A stretch of 64,000 nt of DNA, from NCBI GenBank assembly GCA_030704615.1, contig CM060732.1, positions 22,072,001 through 22,136,000 on the forward strand. Reading direction: 5' to 3'. The stretch's first letter is position 1. Every line of letters starts with the position of its first letter. This DNA comes from Takakia lepidozioides. Its lineage: Eukaryota > Plantae > Bryophyta. The position numbers were made by a program, and so were the translations under genes. Positions 1 through 11,985 of the stretch are shown piece after piece. The notes beneath the pieces are model-generated. The model saw only the letters and a list, made by a program, of their open reading frames with translations. It was not told the origin of the DNA and ran no database searches.

Positions 1-3000
1 TCAGAGGTGCTTTTCCATAGACCAATACGAAAGGGGAAACTCGTGTTGCGGAATGTTTTGTGTTATTATAACAGAACTTTGCCGCATCCAAGTGCTCCAC
101 CCAGTCCGATTGGTCTGCCGACATGTAATTTCGCAAGATCTGCTTCACCACGGAATTCACCCTTTCCGTTTGGCTGTCTGTCGTAGGTCGGAAGGCGGTG
201 CTCATTTTGAGCCTCGTCCCTATTTTCTTCCAAAGTACCCTCCAAAATTTACTAGTAAACTTTGCATCGTGGTCCGAGACAATATCCTTCGGGAGTCCAT
301 GATGCTTGAAGACGTGGGCGAAGTAAAGTCACCCCGTCTCCTGCGCCGTTGCCGTCTCCTTGGTGGGGATGATATGACCCATTTTACTGAACCTATCCAC
401 CACCACCATGATTGCGTCGAATCCTTTTGACAGCGGCATAGTAGTCATGAAGTCCATCGAGATACTTTCCCAAGACCCCTCTGGAATCGGCAACGGTTGT
501 AACAGCCCCGCTTGCTTTTTGTACTCGCTCCGGTTTTGTTGGCATGTGGTGCATGTCTTGACATACTCCTCGGCATCCTCCCTCAGTTTGGGCCATAAAT
601 ACTCTTTCTTCAGGATTGCCGCGGTGCGCTTGGCTCTGTCGTGGCCCGTAAGCGGGCCATCATAATATTCTCTCAAGAGACTATCTTTGATCCCTCCCAT
701 CGGCACATAAAGACGTTTTTGCTTATACCGGAGCAGTCCATTTTGCAAGTGGAACTGCGATTTAACCCCCATCCTCAAGTCCCGCGTCACGGACTTCACC
801 ATCTCATCCTTTCGGTAAGCCTTCCGAATCTTCCTTTGGAGCGCTGCCCCTGTACACCATCATGAGCTGCTGCTTTCTACTTAAAGCATCGGCCACCACA
901 TTGTCCCGTCCTGGTTTGTACTGGATATCCACGTCGAACAGTGCCAAGGTGTCTTGCCACCTAATTTGTTTTGGGGACAACTTAGGCTGCGTGGCAAAAT
1001 ACTTCACCGTGACATTGTCCGTGAACACCTTCACCGGGTTGGAGCCAATATAGTGGCGTCAAAGCTCAAGGCAATGCACCACCGCCTTCATTTCTTTCTC
1101 GTGCGTTGGCCACCGCCGCTCCATTTCATTCAGTTTCTTACTTTCGTAAGCCACTGGACGTCCCTCCTGCATGAGTACACCTCCAATTGCGAAGTCCGAC
1201 GCATCTGTATGAATCTCAAATGGGCGGTCGAACTTCGGGATTTTCAGGACTGGAGCTTCCGCCATCCGCTGTTTCAACTCGGCAAAAGCTTGGCCACAAA
1301 AGGTGTTCCATACCCAGACTTTGGATTTACACAGGAGGTCTGACAACGGCCCCGCGATCTTGGCGAAATTTCTCACATACTTTCGGTAATAGGAGGCGAG
1401 TCCTAAGAAGGATCGCACTCCTGGATCGAAGTCGGAGGCTCCCAATCCAAGATTGCTCTCACATTTCTGTCATCCATTTTGATCCCATCCTGTGTAATCA
1501 CATGCCCCAAGAACTCCACTTTTGTGACCCCGAATTCGCACTTTGAAGCTTTGGCATACAGCTTCCCTTCCCGTAATTTCTGGAACACCCTTTTGAGGTG
1601 CTCCAGGTGCTCTTCCTTTGTTTTCGAGTACACCAAGATGTCGTCGATGTACACGATCACAAAGTCGTCCAACCACTCCTAGAAAAGGTTGTTCATTAGT
1701 GTGCTAAAGGTTGCGGGTACGTTGGTGAGCCCAAAGGGCATCACCAAGAACTCATAGGAACGCGGTCTTTTCCTCATCTCTTTCCGCCACTCGAATTTAA
1801 TGATATCCGGAGCGCAAATCGATCCGGCTGAAATACTTCGCTCTTGCCAACCGATCGAAGAGGTCATTGATCCTTGGCAAAGGGTATCGGTTTTTGATAG
1901 TCACCTTATTCATAGCCCTGTAATCGACACACATCCGCAGAGTCCCATCATTCTTGTCTGCGAATAGCACCGGGGCTTCGTAAGGTGACTTACTCGGCCG
2001 GATGTACCCCTTTGACATTAGATCCTTGAGCTGAGTCTTCAGCTCAACCAACTCTCTGTAGCTCGACCAACTCTCTGTGGCTCAACCGATAGGGTGCCTT
2101 GGCAGGCGGCTCCGATCCCGGTATCACCTCAATTTTGTGGTCAACTCCTCTTCGCGGTGGCAAGCCGCTTGGTAAATCCTCCGACATCACCTCCTGATAT
2201 TTCTCCAAAATCCCCTTGATCCAATCTGGGCTCGGCTCCCCATCGCCTTTTTCCTTCACTTGTCTTACGTAAAGCAAAAACTGGGGCTCGTGTGGCTCCT
2301 CCACGGCCCACTCCCTTGCTGACAGAAGGTTTATTCGCCCTCCCACGAGGTTGGGCGTTTTCGACACTCGTAAAACTTCGTCACCATTCCCACACGGTAG
2401 CGTGACTACTCTTTTGTGGCCATCTATGACCGCTCCGTATCTGCTCACATCCCCAAAATGAGATCCACTCCATCGATCTCGCAAATGGTGAAGTTCTCAC
2501 GTCCCTCCCAACTCCCGAACTGAAGAGGAACATCGAACGCCAACCTCGTCGAGTGCGACGCTCATGTGTCCACCAACAACGATACGTTAGTTCCGGAGAT
2601 TATCCCACTCACAAACATTAATTGACTCCCTTTACGCAAGGCGCCAGTTTCCTGATACAACTCACAAGAGTAGTTGCCTACCTTGCAAGTCTTGGCGACC
2701 ACCGCCTCCACCAAGCGGCTGATAGAGGCTTCGGATAACTCCGTGGTTGCCCGAGTCATGTTCAATTGTCGGGGATTCGTACACTTCTTGGCCATGTGCC
2801 CGGGCTCCCCGCAATTAAAGCACACTCCATCGAAGGTCGCCTTCTGTCCGCCATAAGCCACCGCACCTGGTTTTCCTTTCAGGGCACCGAGTGTCCTCTT
2901 GACGTGTGAGGGCCCTCCCTTCGATTTCCTTGTGCCATTGTCACCGCGTGGCCTATCCCATTTCTTTTCCGGTTGGAAGAAGTCACCTTCCCGCCGGACC

Positions 3001-3710
3001 TTCTTGTGGTTTAGCTCCGTACGACCTTGTCTTTCGCCCCTAGGGACATCCGAGAAACATTCAGCCCTTTCAATTGCCTCGTTCAAAGTCTTAGGTGGCT
3101 TCTCCTCCAACTTCCGTCTGGCCCATGGGGCTAGTCCCGCCACAAAGTTGAAGACCATTTCTGGTTCTGCCATGTCCGCGACTTCGAGCAACAGCACATT
3201 GAAAGCCTGAACATATCCCCGAATGTCATCCGTTTGCTTCAAATTCCTCATCTTGTCCCGGGCGAGCTAGGACGCGTTGAGGGGCACAAACTGTCTCTTC
3301 ATGAGTTCCTTGAACCCACTCCAGTTCAAGGTCTCCAGGTTTGGACCTCGGTCGTGAAGGCGTTTCTGCCACCATTGTTGAGCATAGCCCCTCAAATAGG
3401 TGGGAGCCACTTCCACCCGATCCTCGTCATCCAACTTGGCCACCCGGAAGTACTGCTCTAGCTTCAAGAGCTAGGTGTTGAGTGCCTTCCGATTTTGGAC
3501 GCCCTCGAAGGTGCCGGGTTCCTTAGGCTTCGCCTTAAACTTTGCCTTAGTGGAAGTGACATTAGTCGCCTTCAACACGTCTTTCAACGTCCCACCAAAC
3601 TGTGCCAACAACCCTTCCCAAAAGGCTGCTGGCATGGGAGACATCTGTTGGTCTGTCGGAGCTCTCAGGGATTCCTCGGGCTCCGACTCCTCACATTTAT
3701 CTAGGGTCGA
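1..3710 (-). mobile_element. Degenerate Ty3/gypsy LTR retrotransposon internal region (gag-PR-RT-RNaseH-INT); runs off the window's left edge
   Basis: Minus-strand ORF pieces lie in gypsy order: gag with zinc knuckle CFNCGEPGHMAKKC (2562-3251), protease LLVDT*, RT YIDDILVYS (1403-2051), RNase H HTDASDFAIGGVL (1059-1445), and integrase H..H..CTTC plus SMDF/VVVDRFSK (329-802). There are many stops and frameshifts, including a 19-bp tandem duplication at 2041-2078. No LTR was recognised. Confidence 0.95.
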
Positions 3711-4237
3711 CTGTAATACATGCCTTATGTTTGGAAATTATCTAGGTGAGGTGCCTAAATAATAAAAACGAATCTGCCTAATAATATTCCATTTTTATTA
3801 ATTATTAGAGGCAGAAGTGCCTAATAAGCTAGGTAAGTACGGTATGAAGGATGCATTCTCAGCGTTTGACTGAATGGCTAAACAAGATGTGGTAGCCTCC
3901 GCAACAATCCACCATTTTTTATAAAAACAAAGAAACACAAGATGTATGTATGTAACACTCTGGGGATGACCCACCCTTTTTTATGCTTCCAAACTCTGAG
4001 GATGCCGAAGAGGAGGGACCAGCAGGATTTCGACCCTCTTTCCTTTGAAAAATAAATATGATAGCTTCGGCAACACTCCGCCGTTCTTCTTCCGGAAAAC
4101 AATGAAATATGGGATGTATGTATGTAACACCCCACCTTTTTTTGTGAAAAATTGAACATAGTTCTCAGAATTCGTCGCTAGTAGTGCGGAGCAACGCGAA
4201 GCCTTAGTTTTTATATCTGTTGGGTAAATAAAGGATA

Positions 4238-4475
4238 CAAACAGTCAGTAGCTCAGTTGGTAAAGTGCACTGAGTGCCATCCGGATGACCCTGGGTCAAA
4301 TCCTGCTACTTGACGGGTGTGGTACGCTCTTCTCCCCCTTTCCTGCGTAAGTGTCGCATCTGAAAGCCTTACGGCGAGGTTACTAAGAGGTTATTTTCTC
4401 CTCGCTCTATCAAGGGGGGCTGATTTGTGAGCTGTCGCTCCCAGGTGTTTCCCTTAAAAAATAAAATAAAAAATA
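4238..4475 (+). mobile_element. tRNA-derived SINE with A-rich tail and 12-bp TSD
   Basis: Pol III A box TAGCTCAGTTGG (4249-4260), B-box-like GGTCAAATCC (4294-4303) and an (AAAAT)n tail. AAATAAAGGATA flanks both sides (4226-4237, 4476-4487). Confidence 0.8.
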
Positions 4476-4755
4476 AAATAAAGGATATACTGAAGGATAT
4501 ATATTCTTTTGTTTGTTATGCTCAACTCAAAAAATATGACTAATTAATTAAAGCAATCAATTTTTGGTTCAATACCTAGTACGAGGCAAATTGTAGATGT
4601 TGTGAATAATATGAGGGATGAGCATGAGAGTGTTTCTTCACACCAAAGATAATAATCAAACAAAGCCACGTAAGACCATGTACGAGTGCCTCGTCCACGA
4701 AACTAGTGCCTCCGAGATCCGGGTTGAGTTGATAACATTGGAATCTGCCCGCCTG

Positions 4756-4910
4756 TGCACTCTAAGCAAGTGACTCTTTGATACAAACCCAAAAGCTTTT
4801 CATAAAGATGGAGCCCTTAGAGCATGCCCAACATGCACTCTAAGCAAGTGACTCTTGACACAAACCCAAAAGCTTTTCATAAAGATGGAGCCCTTAGAGC
4901 ATGCCCAACA
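4756..4910. repeat. ~78-bp tandem duplication (2 copies) overlapping the left end of the adjacent MITE
   Basis: TGCACTCTAAGCAAGTGACTC...CCCTTAGAGCATGCCCAACA occurs at 4756-4833 and again at 4834-4910. Confidence 0.9.
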
Positions 4911-5266
4911 GAGGCTCACTAAACTGCCATCACTATGTTGGGGAGGCGTATGGTGAGGCCCGCAATCTAGATGGCACGTGGGCCGGCAAGAGCCCCAACA
5001 GCAACCCACCATACCCATAGGGAAGTGATGGCGCCGGGCTGAGGTGACCATGGGCCCCGCCACCTGCCCGCCACTCGTCATTACATGTGAGGCTGATCCT
5101 GATAGCGTGCCGGAGAATGCCACACTCCAAACGCACTGTAGATAGCGCGCCAGTGGGACGAAATTTGGTGAGGCTCACCATTTTGAAGCGCCAAAACGTG
5201 CTGCTGGGGAGGCGTGATCCCGTCCTACATCGGCGGCCGCGCTAGATAGAGCGCCCGGACATGCTC
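4897..5266. mobile_element. PIF/Harbinger Tourist-like MITE (370 bp, GC-rich)
   Basis: Terminal inverted repeat GAGCATGCCC ... GGACATGCTC (9/10 match), with TTA on both sides (4894-4896, 5267-5269), the canonical Tourist TSD. Confidence 0.7.
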
Positions 5267-8249
5267 TTATATGGTACAAATGACAATGGTACCCCCCTTA
5301 TATGGTGCACAATAATGGTACGCCCTTGGAGATGGTGATAGAGGGAGGATGCTTACACAAGGGACCGTGAGTGAAGGCCCTCGTACTTAGGGATGAAAAA
5401 GAGTTTTTTATTTATCTTTTTGCTACATATTCCAAAAATTTATATTTATCCAAGTGTAAAGGGTATATGGAAATTATTTACCCTTCAAACGAGTAAGGAT
5501 AAGGATATCTCAGATTATATATCCGTCTGAAGGGTAAGTATAAGGGTAAATGAAATGGGCCAACCCGGATAAATCATTTACCCTTACTCTGATTTACTTG
5601 TCGAATAAATCCGGGTAAATGATTTACCCGCACAACGTGACTGGTTTGTACTGAGGCTTGTGAGAATCATATGCTTTGCCATTACATACTTTCCTGCCTC
5701 TTCACTCCACTTTCCCTAATGAAACACAATTACACTCGCACACAATGTCGGCTTGTCAATTTATGACATGATGCTAGATGCAGTAGGTTGATTCCAACAA
5801 TGTTAACTGAACCATTTACCATGCAATTCCTGACACATGGGGCTGTCATTCCACTGCCTGTCACACCCTGGAGAGTAAGGTAGAGAGACATGGAGAGAGA
5901 GAGAGAGAGAGTGAACATGAAGATTACTAGAGTATGAGCATGTTAAGACCTTTCCCGCACGCTCTACCTCTGACTCTGCATCTTGTGGCATTGCGGACGC
6001 ACTTTACGACGACGACTTTGAATTTCTTCACGTTGGCTAACGTTACCTGATATTCCTGCTGTATCTGACATAGTCTGCATGGTGACGATCTTGCCAGGTC
6101 TCAAGTCTCTTAGTTTGGAGTATGTCCTGTCGTGTGGGCATCATGTAACGGTGTGTTGTATAGAGCCTTGGGGCATTATGTGGTCTCTGAATCCGCATAG
6201 ATATGTAGAACTTTATGTTGGGGTTTAAGTGGTTCATGGGAATGCGGAGGTCCTCAGCACGTCTCCTGGAGTTGGTCTGTTGTTGTATTGGATCTGTACA
6301 TGAACCCCCAACTCTTTCAAGTTAATTTAGACAGGTGATTTTGTTGCTTTGGTGAAATAAGAGGAATTGATAAGAGGACTAAACTGCATTCCTCATGGCA
6401 ATAAAACATAAAAATGTATGTAGGGAGCTTGCTTATTAGCTGTAGTGGTGTCGTTGGGTGATCTGATGATCTCTAGGAAGGATGCGTATTACATAGTTGT
6501 TGACTTGAGCCCCAGCTTACACATTTGGATTGTGCTGCTTGGCCAGAGTTTGCCATTGGATGCCTACAAGCTACTGGCTGTTCCCTCTCCCTATCGGTGG
6601 TGTGCTGGTTTTCTCTGCCAATATTCTCTATTACTACAGTCAGATAGTTGCTGCTCTTGGTTATCGTCAAATGTCTTTTTAATCCTTTGAATCACGTTTT
6701 ATGTTTCTTCACATGCCACTGTCTCTTTACTTGAATTGACGAGTCCATTTTTATTTTTATTTCTCTATCATCCATTACTTTCTTCTAGGCGTTCTTCTTA
6801 TGGTGGGTTTTCTGAAAAAGCTAGATCGTCCAAACCATACCTGCTAGTGCACTGATGGAGAGAACGACAGTGCTTCTTAACATTCACTTGAAGAGCTGGC
6901 CTAACTTCGTGAGAAGTTTGACTTTATGTTTTCAGCAGGGCTCCCTGATCCCTTTGTCAGATGTCACCAAATCTCATTTGCTTTAGAACATATCCTTTGG
7001 TGTGAAGGATTCTCAGGCTTAAGTCAGGCTTTCTAAATGAAAATTACTTTAGTAGTGCATTATTTCCAAACTGAAGAAATTCAACTTTTCTGATAGATAG
7101 AGGGCTGGTCACACACGCCAATGTCATTGTATTTTGTTGCTAGAGGTGTATTCTTTCACGCCTGCATCTGATAATATGACTTCAGGAAAGGTGCCCTACT
7201 GGGTTAGAAACATTATACCATGTATAGTCTCCAGCTCATGCCTCTATTCTTCTTGTTTTTGCTTGATACCAGTGGGTGCTCGCGTGCAGTGCATTGGCTG
7301 CATTCTATTCCAAAAGCCTTGCGGAGAAGCTTTCAGGCACTGTCAGTCCTTCCCAGGAGGTGAGTTGAACTTTTCACTTGTATCCAAAGTCTTGGTTTGA
7401 TTACTAAAGTGGCTTCATACAAACCTAACTAGTTTGTGTAGTGACAATTTACAACTTTGTGCACATTATAGATGCGTCTTTTATGTTATTGGCTCCGCAC
7501 CACGAACAGAGATTTCTAGTATATAGTTTACGCTGATTGAGTCTGATTGGTTTCTCTCACATCCCTTGTCTGGAGATCACTGTCAAAGTCGTGGTACAAT
7601 CGTCAAGTATCAATGGATTTGTTGAATTTGGCAAAGTAGTTTCGTAAGAATCATTCACCCCTTACTCCATCATAATGAGATCTACATGCATACTCCATGA
7701 AGTCTATGCTCTGAAGTAATTGTACAAACATATGTTGGCTCTGTCCCCAAAGGAAGACTGCCCTCCCTCCACTTGCATCATGATGGCACTCCCCACTTTC
7801 TTTGGGTAAGTAGGTCTTTTGCTTAGAAACATGGGTCACCTACTGCATTTTTAAGTCCCCCTTGGTTGTGTACTACATTATTAAATTTTAGCTAAGTCCT
7901 GGAAATAGACAGCTGATTGTTCAGGAAGAAATTTCGAGAAGGATGATGCCCGCGTAGATTGCCATAGATCTGCACAGATCCTTCATTCCTGGTGCTGCTA
8001 TTCCCTTGGATTTGAGTAACTGCGCGATTTGCGGCCTATTTCTCAAGAGTCTGTCACAGCTACCACTAATCATAAACATAGTAATATTCACTTTGACAAT
8101 ATTGTATGGCAGACAAGCTCCCAACCTACCCCATCAATGAAATTGAGGCCGATGTGAATGTCGACGAGGGTGTCGATCATGAGGAGGCGACCTCAGACAC
8201 ATTGTCAACTCAGGTCAAGACAACGGAAGATGAATTTTACGAGGTGTAT

Positions 8250-9515
8250 GAGCACAATCCCCACCATATTCTCTAACTAAAAACAACCTGGAGACGGACT
8301 CCAAACCCAGGAGCTTGTTACAGCAGTTTATGGAACACCACTCACAACACTGAAGAGGTTGCATTATTCATCGGTAACTGCCTTTATCCAAATTTGGGGG
8401 AAGAGGGTAATTACGGCCGAGATTCCATTTTTTGTTCCACTTGGTTGTGATATTTGGAAAAAGCATAGAGCTACCAAAGTGTATGCTTTTTTTTTGTGGA
8501 AGATTGTAAATAGAATCCTGCCTGTGGTTGCGCTTGTCGCAGACACTCCTTCTGATTGTGTTTCATGCAATCTTCATGCAGCTGAAGACTTGGAGCACTA
8601 TCTGATTCTCTGCCCTTTTGCCAGAGCAGTGTAGGACAAGGCCCTCCTCCTGTACTCCTACTGGTCTTCTGATTTAGACTCCTCTCCCTCTGTTTTGCTG
8701 CTCAATGTCAAGAATGGCATAATTCACTGCTTTTGTCCGGTTTGGGAATCTCGAGCAGAGGTATAATCCTTTGGCATATATGGAATATGAGATGCTCTGT
8801 GATGTTTCAGAAGGTGAGGCCTTGTATGCAGAGAGTGTTGTATCTGGCTCACTCAGACCTTAGGTCTGAAGCTCGCAAAACGTGGTCAGTCCTTGTTTCG
8901 GCTCTTTCAAGGTGTGGCAGCTCTAGGAGAACCCAACTGCTTGCCTCATTCGACCAATCTTGGGGGAAGGACTTCGTCTTCTGCAGAAGAATTTCAGACA
9001 TAAGGATTGCGTGGGAAGACTCCACCCTTTCCTATTGGCAGCTCAACCAGCACCAAGTAAACACCTCGGAGGCTGAGGATACCGAAGTGAACTGGAGGCA
9101 CAAGCGTAATAGCTCTAGGAAAGGCAAATCTAAAGCCCAGCTTACCTTTGAGGCCCCCAAGAGGAAAATGGGTAGTATGTAGGTTCTGGCTGCCTTGTGC
9201 TCTGCTCTTTCCTTCATTGCTTCTGGCTGTATCTGGGGGCCTAGCTCACTTTCTTTCTTTCGGCTTAGTTGGGGAGCTCACCTCAGTGGCTCCTTCTCTT
9301 TGCTTATGTTTCCTTCTTCTTTCGGCTTAGTTAGGGAACTCACCTAGGTGGCTTTTTCACTTTGGTTTGATTCATTCTTCTTCTTTTTTCTTTTTGTCTT
9401 CTGGACTTTAGGCTCGGAGTGGTACTAGCCTTATGGTTCTTTGTAAGATTATTTTTTCCTTACCTATCAATAAATTTTCCAGGGCTACAATCCCCTTTTT
9501 AAAAATAAAATAAAA
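8250..9515 (+). mobile_element. 5'-truncated L1-type LINE 3' fragment (zf-RVT region, 3' UTR, A-tail)
   Basis: KVYAFFLWKIVNRILPV..CVSC..EDLEHYLILCPFARAV and ILWHIWNMRC motifs, with an A-rich tail at 9501-9515. The 3' end resembles that of the LINE at 46885-47200. The 5' boundary is approximate. Confidence 0.8.
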
Positions 9516-9531
9516 AGAGGGTGGTATATTT

Positions 9532-10250
9532 CAGTGTTGCCCGGATATTTGATCCAGCCTCAAACCCCGGCTGGTCCCAACCCATGTATGTGTGGATCTG
9601 CCCGAGGTCAAAAAATCAAATAGCCGCCTCCGATAAAAACCGCCGGATCTGAAAAGATGGGATAACCGGATCCGGTTGAGAAAGATGGGATAACCGGATC
9701 CGGTTGAGAACCGGTGATTTTGTAGTTTTTTTTTATCTGATTTGAACCGGAACTGGTGGCCAAAAGAAGCAGGTTATGAACCTATATATCCGGCATTGAA
9801 AACCGGAGATTATAATCTGGATAATAGTAGATTATTTGTTCACTTGACATAAAGGAGGCGGGCCATCATAGTCCTGAGCTGGCCGGTCTTCATTTCATTT
9901 ATGTTTTTTTCAATTTATCTATTTAAGGAAAGGGGACGGAGGCCCTCTACTCATCACATTTAGAGGGGCAACATTTCAGAGGGGCACGCATTTCAATTTC
10001 ATTAGTATTTTTAATAATTAGAATTTTTAATACATTAGATTTTTAATTTGGGTTATTTTAGGTTATTAAAAAATATTAAAATAGAATTAGATTTGTTTCA
10101 TAACCGGATACTGAACCGCCGGAGGCCATTGTGACAGAAACTCCATTTGTCCATAATCGCATGGGGTTAAATTTTGTATTTGTTGTCAACTTGTAGGATC
10201 ACAGAAACGGAAAAGCTCCAAAACCCCGGCCGGAACCGGAGGATGTGAAC
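9532..10250. mobile_element. Probable non-autonomous hAT-like relic rich in AACCGG/CCGGAT motifs
   Basis: Begins CAGTGTTG and carries many CCGG-containing motifs. A 28-bp tandem duplication (9653-9708) contains the palindrome AACCGGATCCGGTT. No matching right TIR was found. Confidence 0.35.
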
Positions 10251-10390
10251 ACAAAGTTAAAGTTAAACATCCGCAATCGGGTGATATTAAGAAAATCAAA
10301 TAACCGCACAACAGTGGTATATTTCGGCCCGCAGCGTGCGCGAATGTACGCAGCGTTGAAAACATACGCGTATAACACAACATGGACCGC

Positions 10391-10427
10391 AGAGTAGAGT
10401 AGAGTAGAGTAGAGTAGAGTAGAGTAG
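10391..10427. repeat. (AGAGT)n microsatellite upstream of the CNGC gene
   Basis: About seven consecutive AGAGT units. Confidence 0.9.
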
Positions 10428-11985
10428 TGTAGTGCAGTGCTCGGTCAGCGAGGGAGAGAGAGAGAGGAAAGGGAGGGGATAGTTGGGGGGGTGCGTGCAG
10501 CGACCACGGCGGGCGTGGGGGCCACCGCAGCGATTAGAGGTCCGAAGAAGCGCTGTGGGGGTGCTGCTGCACACACCACACTGTATCGGACAATGCTGTG
10601 TGTGCACGTTAGAGGGAGCCTGCAGCGTAGCACAACCATTATTCCACAGTATCAGTGTGTGGTTCGGGCGATTGAGGCGTGTGAAGGATGACGTGATCTA
10701 AAGCTGAGCTGGGTGGTTGTGGAAGAGAGGGGCCAAGTCGGCGAGAGCAGCTGGAGAGGCGAGTGAAGAACAGCGGGAGGTTGTAGCTGGGTTTTGTGGG
10801 AGGATTCGTTGCGATTCAGTGCGGATGATGTGACCGGAATTAGTGGGCGTTTGCTTCCTGTTGGCTTCAAGGGCAGTCATGTTCGATGTGCCCTGACTGG
10901 CAAGCCGACCCAGCTCAGGTGCCAGATCATGAGGCCAGCTTTGGCCTCTTGGTGTTTATTCGTTTGTTACTGACATTTGGAGGCACGAGTTTGAGTTTGG
11001 CGGATCTTACTTTTCTACCTATGTCCGCCATCTAGTTGTGTATGTCTCGGTGTGCCTACTGGCGATTAGTTTGGGAGCAGAAACACGACGGGGCATATGC
11101 AATTAATTGAGAATGGCGATGGTATCTCCTATTTTCAGTGTTTCCTTTAAATGTCAGCTCTTGACAGAATAGGACGCTGAGTGATTTCTTCCTCAGCAAG
11201 CCATGTCGCAGATTGCAGTATGACCAGTATGAGTTACAAAATCTCGTTTATGTACGAAAATAACCATCACTACTGAATGCGAAGGCATAGTCAGAGCTCA
11301 CTACCTCTTGGGCTACATAGGATCCTGCCTCGCCTACACATTTGACATGTGGCACTGGGTAATTTCCTAATGGACTCCTGAATATCTCTAGTTCTAAAAA
11401 GGAGTGATTTGAAAGGCATGAGTTCTCTCTCCTTGTCCTGAATTTACAAGAGGAAAGTTTGCTTAGTATTTCTTCATGTGATAGGTAGTCTTCATCCAAA
11501 GTACTTGGTGTCTTGGTCAAAGTTGAGCATTAGGAAGTATATTTGGTGGCTTTCCAGTGCATGGGAGGCTTGTAGGCCTCTGGATCATTGTATTCTGCAG
11601 TAGTAGGTTGCTTGCGTCCTTCAATTTCTTCTCATTTCGTGAGACAAGCAGAGCTGAAACCAGGAGAGAAGGCGCCTGTTTGCCAATGACTACTTCGTGC
11701 AGGACTTGTAGTGGATGTTAACATGGGTTCAAATTGACCAGAGAGTTCAATACAGAAATGGAAAACAAAGGGTCCGGAGATAATGTCCTCTTGGGAAGGG
11801 AGGGGCTGGTGTGTAGGAGTAGGTACGTCTAACTAGGATGCATGGACAGGTCATTGTTCTTAGGGATATTTTCTGAACAAACTCATTTGGCACCACAGAT
11901 TGGCAGGTTGCTCATCTAGTCAGTGCTAGATAATTACCACAATATTATGTTCCACGACAGGCACCGACAGGTGAAAATCCACAAT

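Noticed and set aside
53-3762. Plus-strand ORFs over the gypsy element and similar antisense ORFs over LINEs and genes
   Set aside because: These are shadows of real coding sequence on the opposite strand, with no motifs of their own.
4170-4186. CACTA-type right terminus (..GCTAGTAGTG)
   Set aside because: No left terminus or TSD is visible, and the match is too short.
4244-4315. Functional tRNA gene
   Set aside because: The B box is degenerate, I could not fold a convincing cloverleaf, and it is followed by a body, A-tail and TSD, so it is a SINE head.
5388-5653. Ac-like hAT terminus TAGGGATGAAA followed by TTTACCC/GGGTAAA motifs
   Set aside because: No partner TIR or 8-bp TSD was found. 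It may be a TE remnant but cannot be delimited.
11758-11822. Extra upstream CNGC coding exon (ATG...AG|GTACGT)
   Set aside because: Splicing to the nearest acceptors meets stops before the KFVR exon, so it is at most a uORF or UTR exon.
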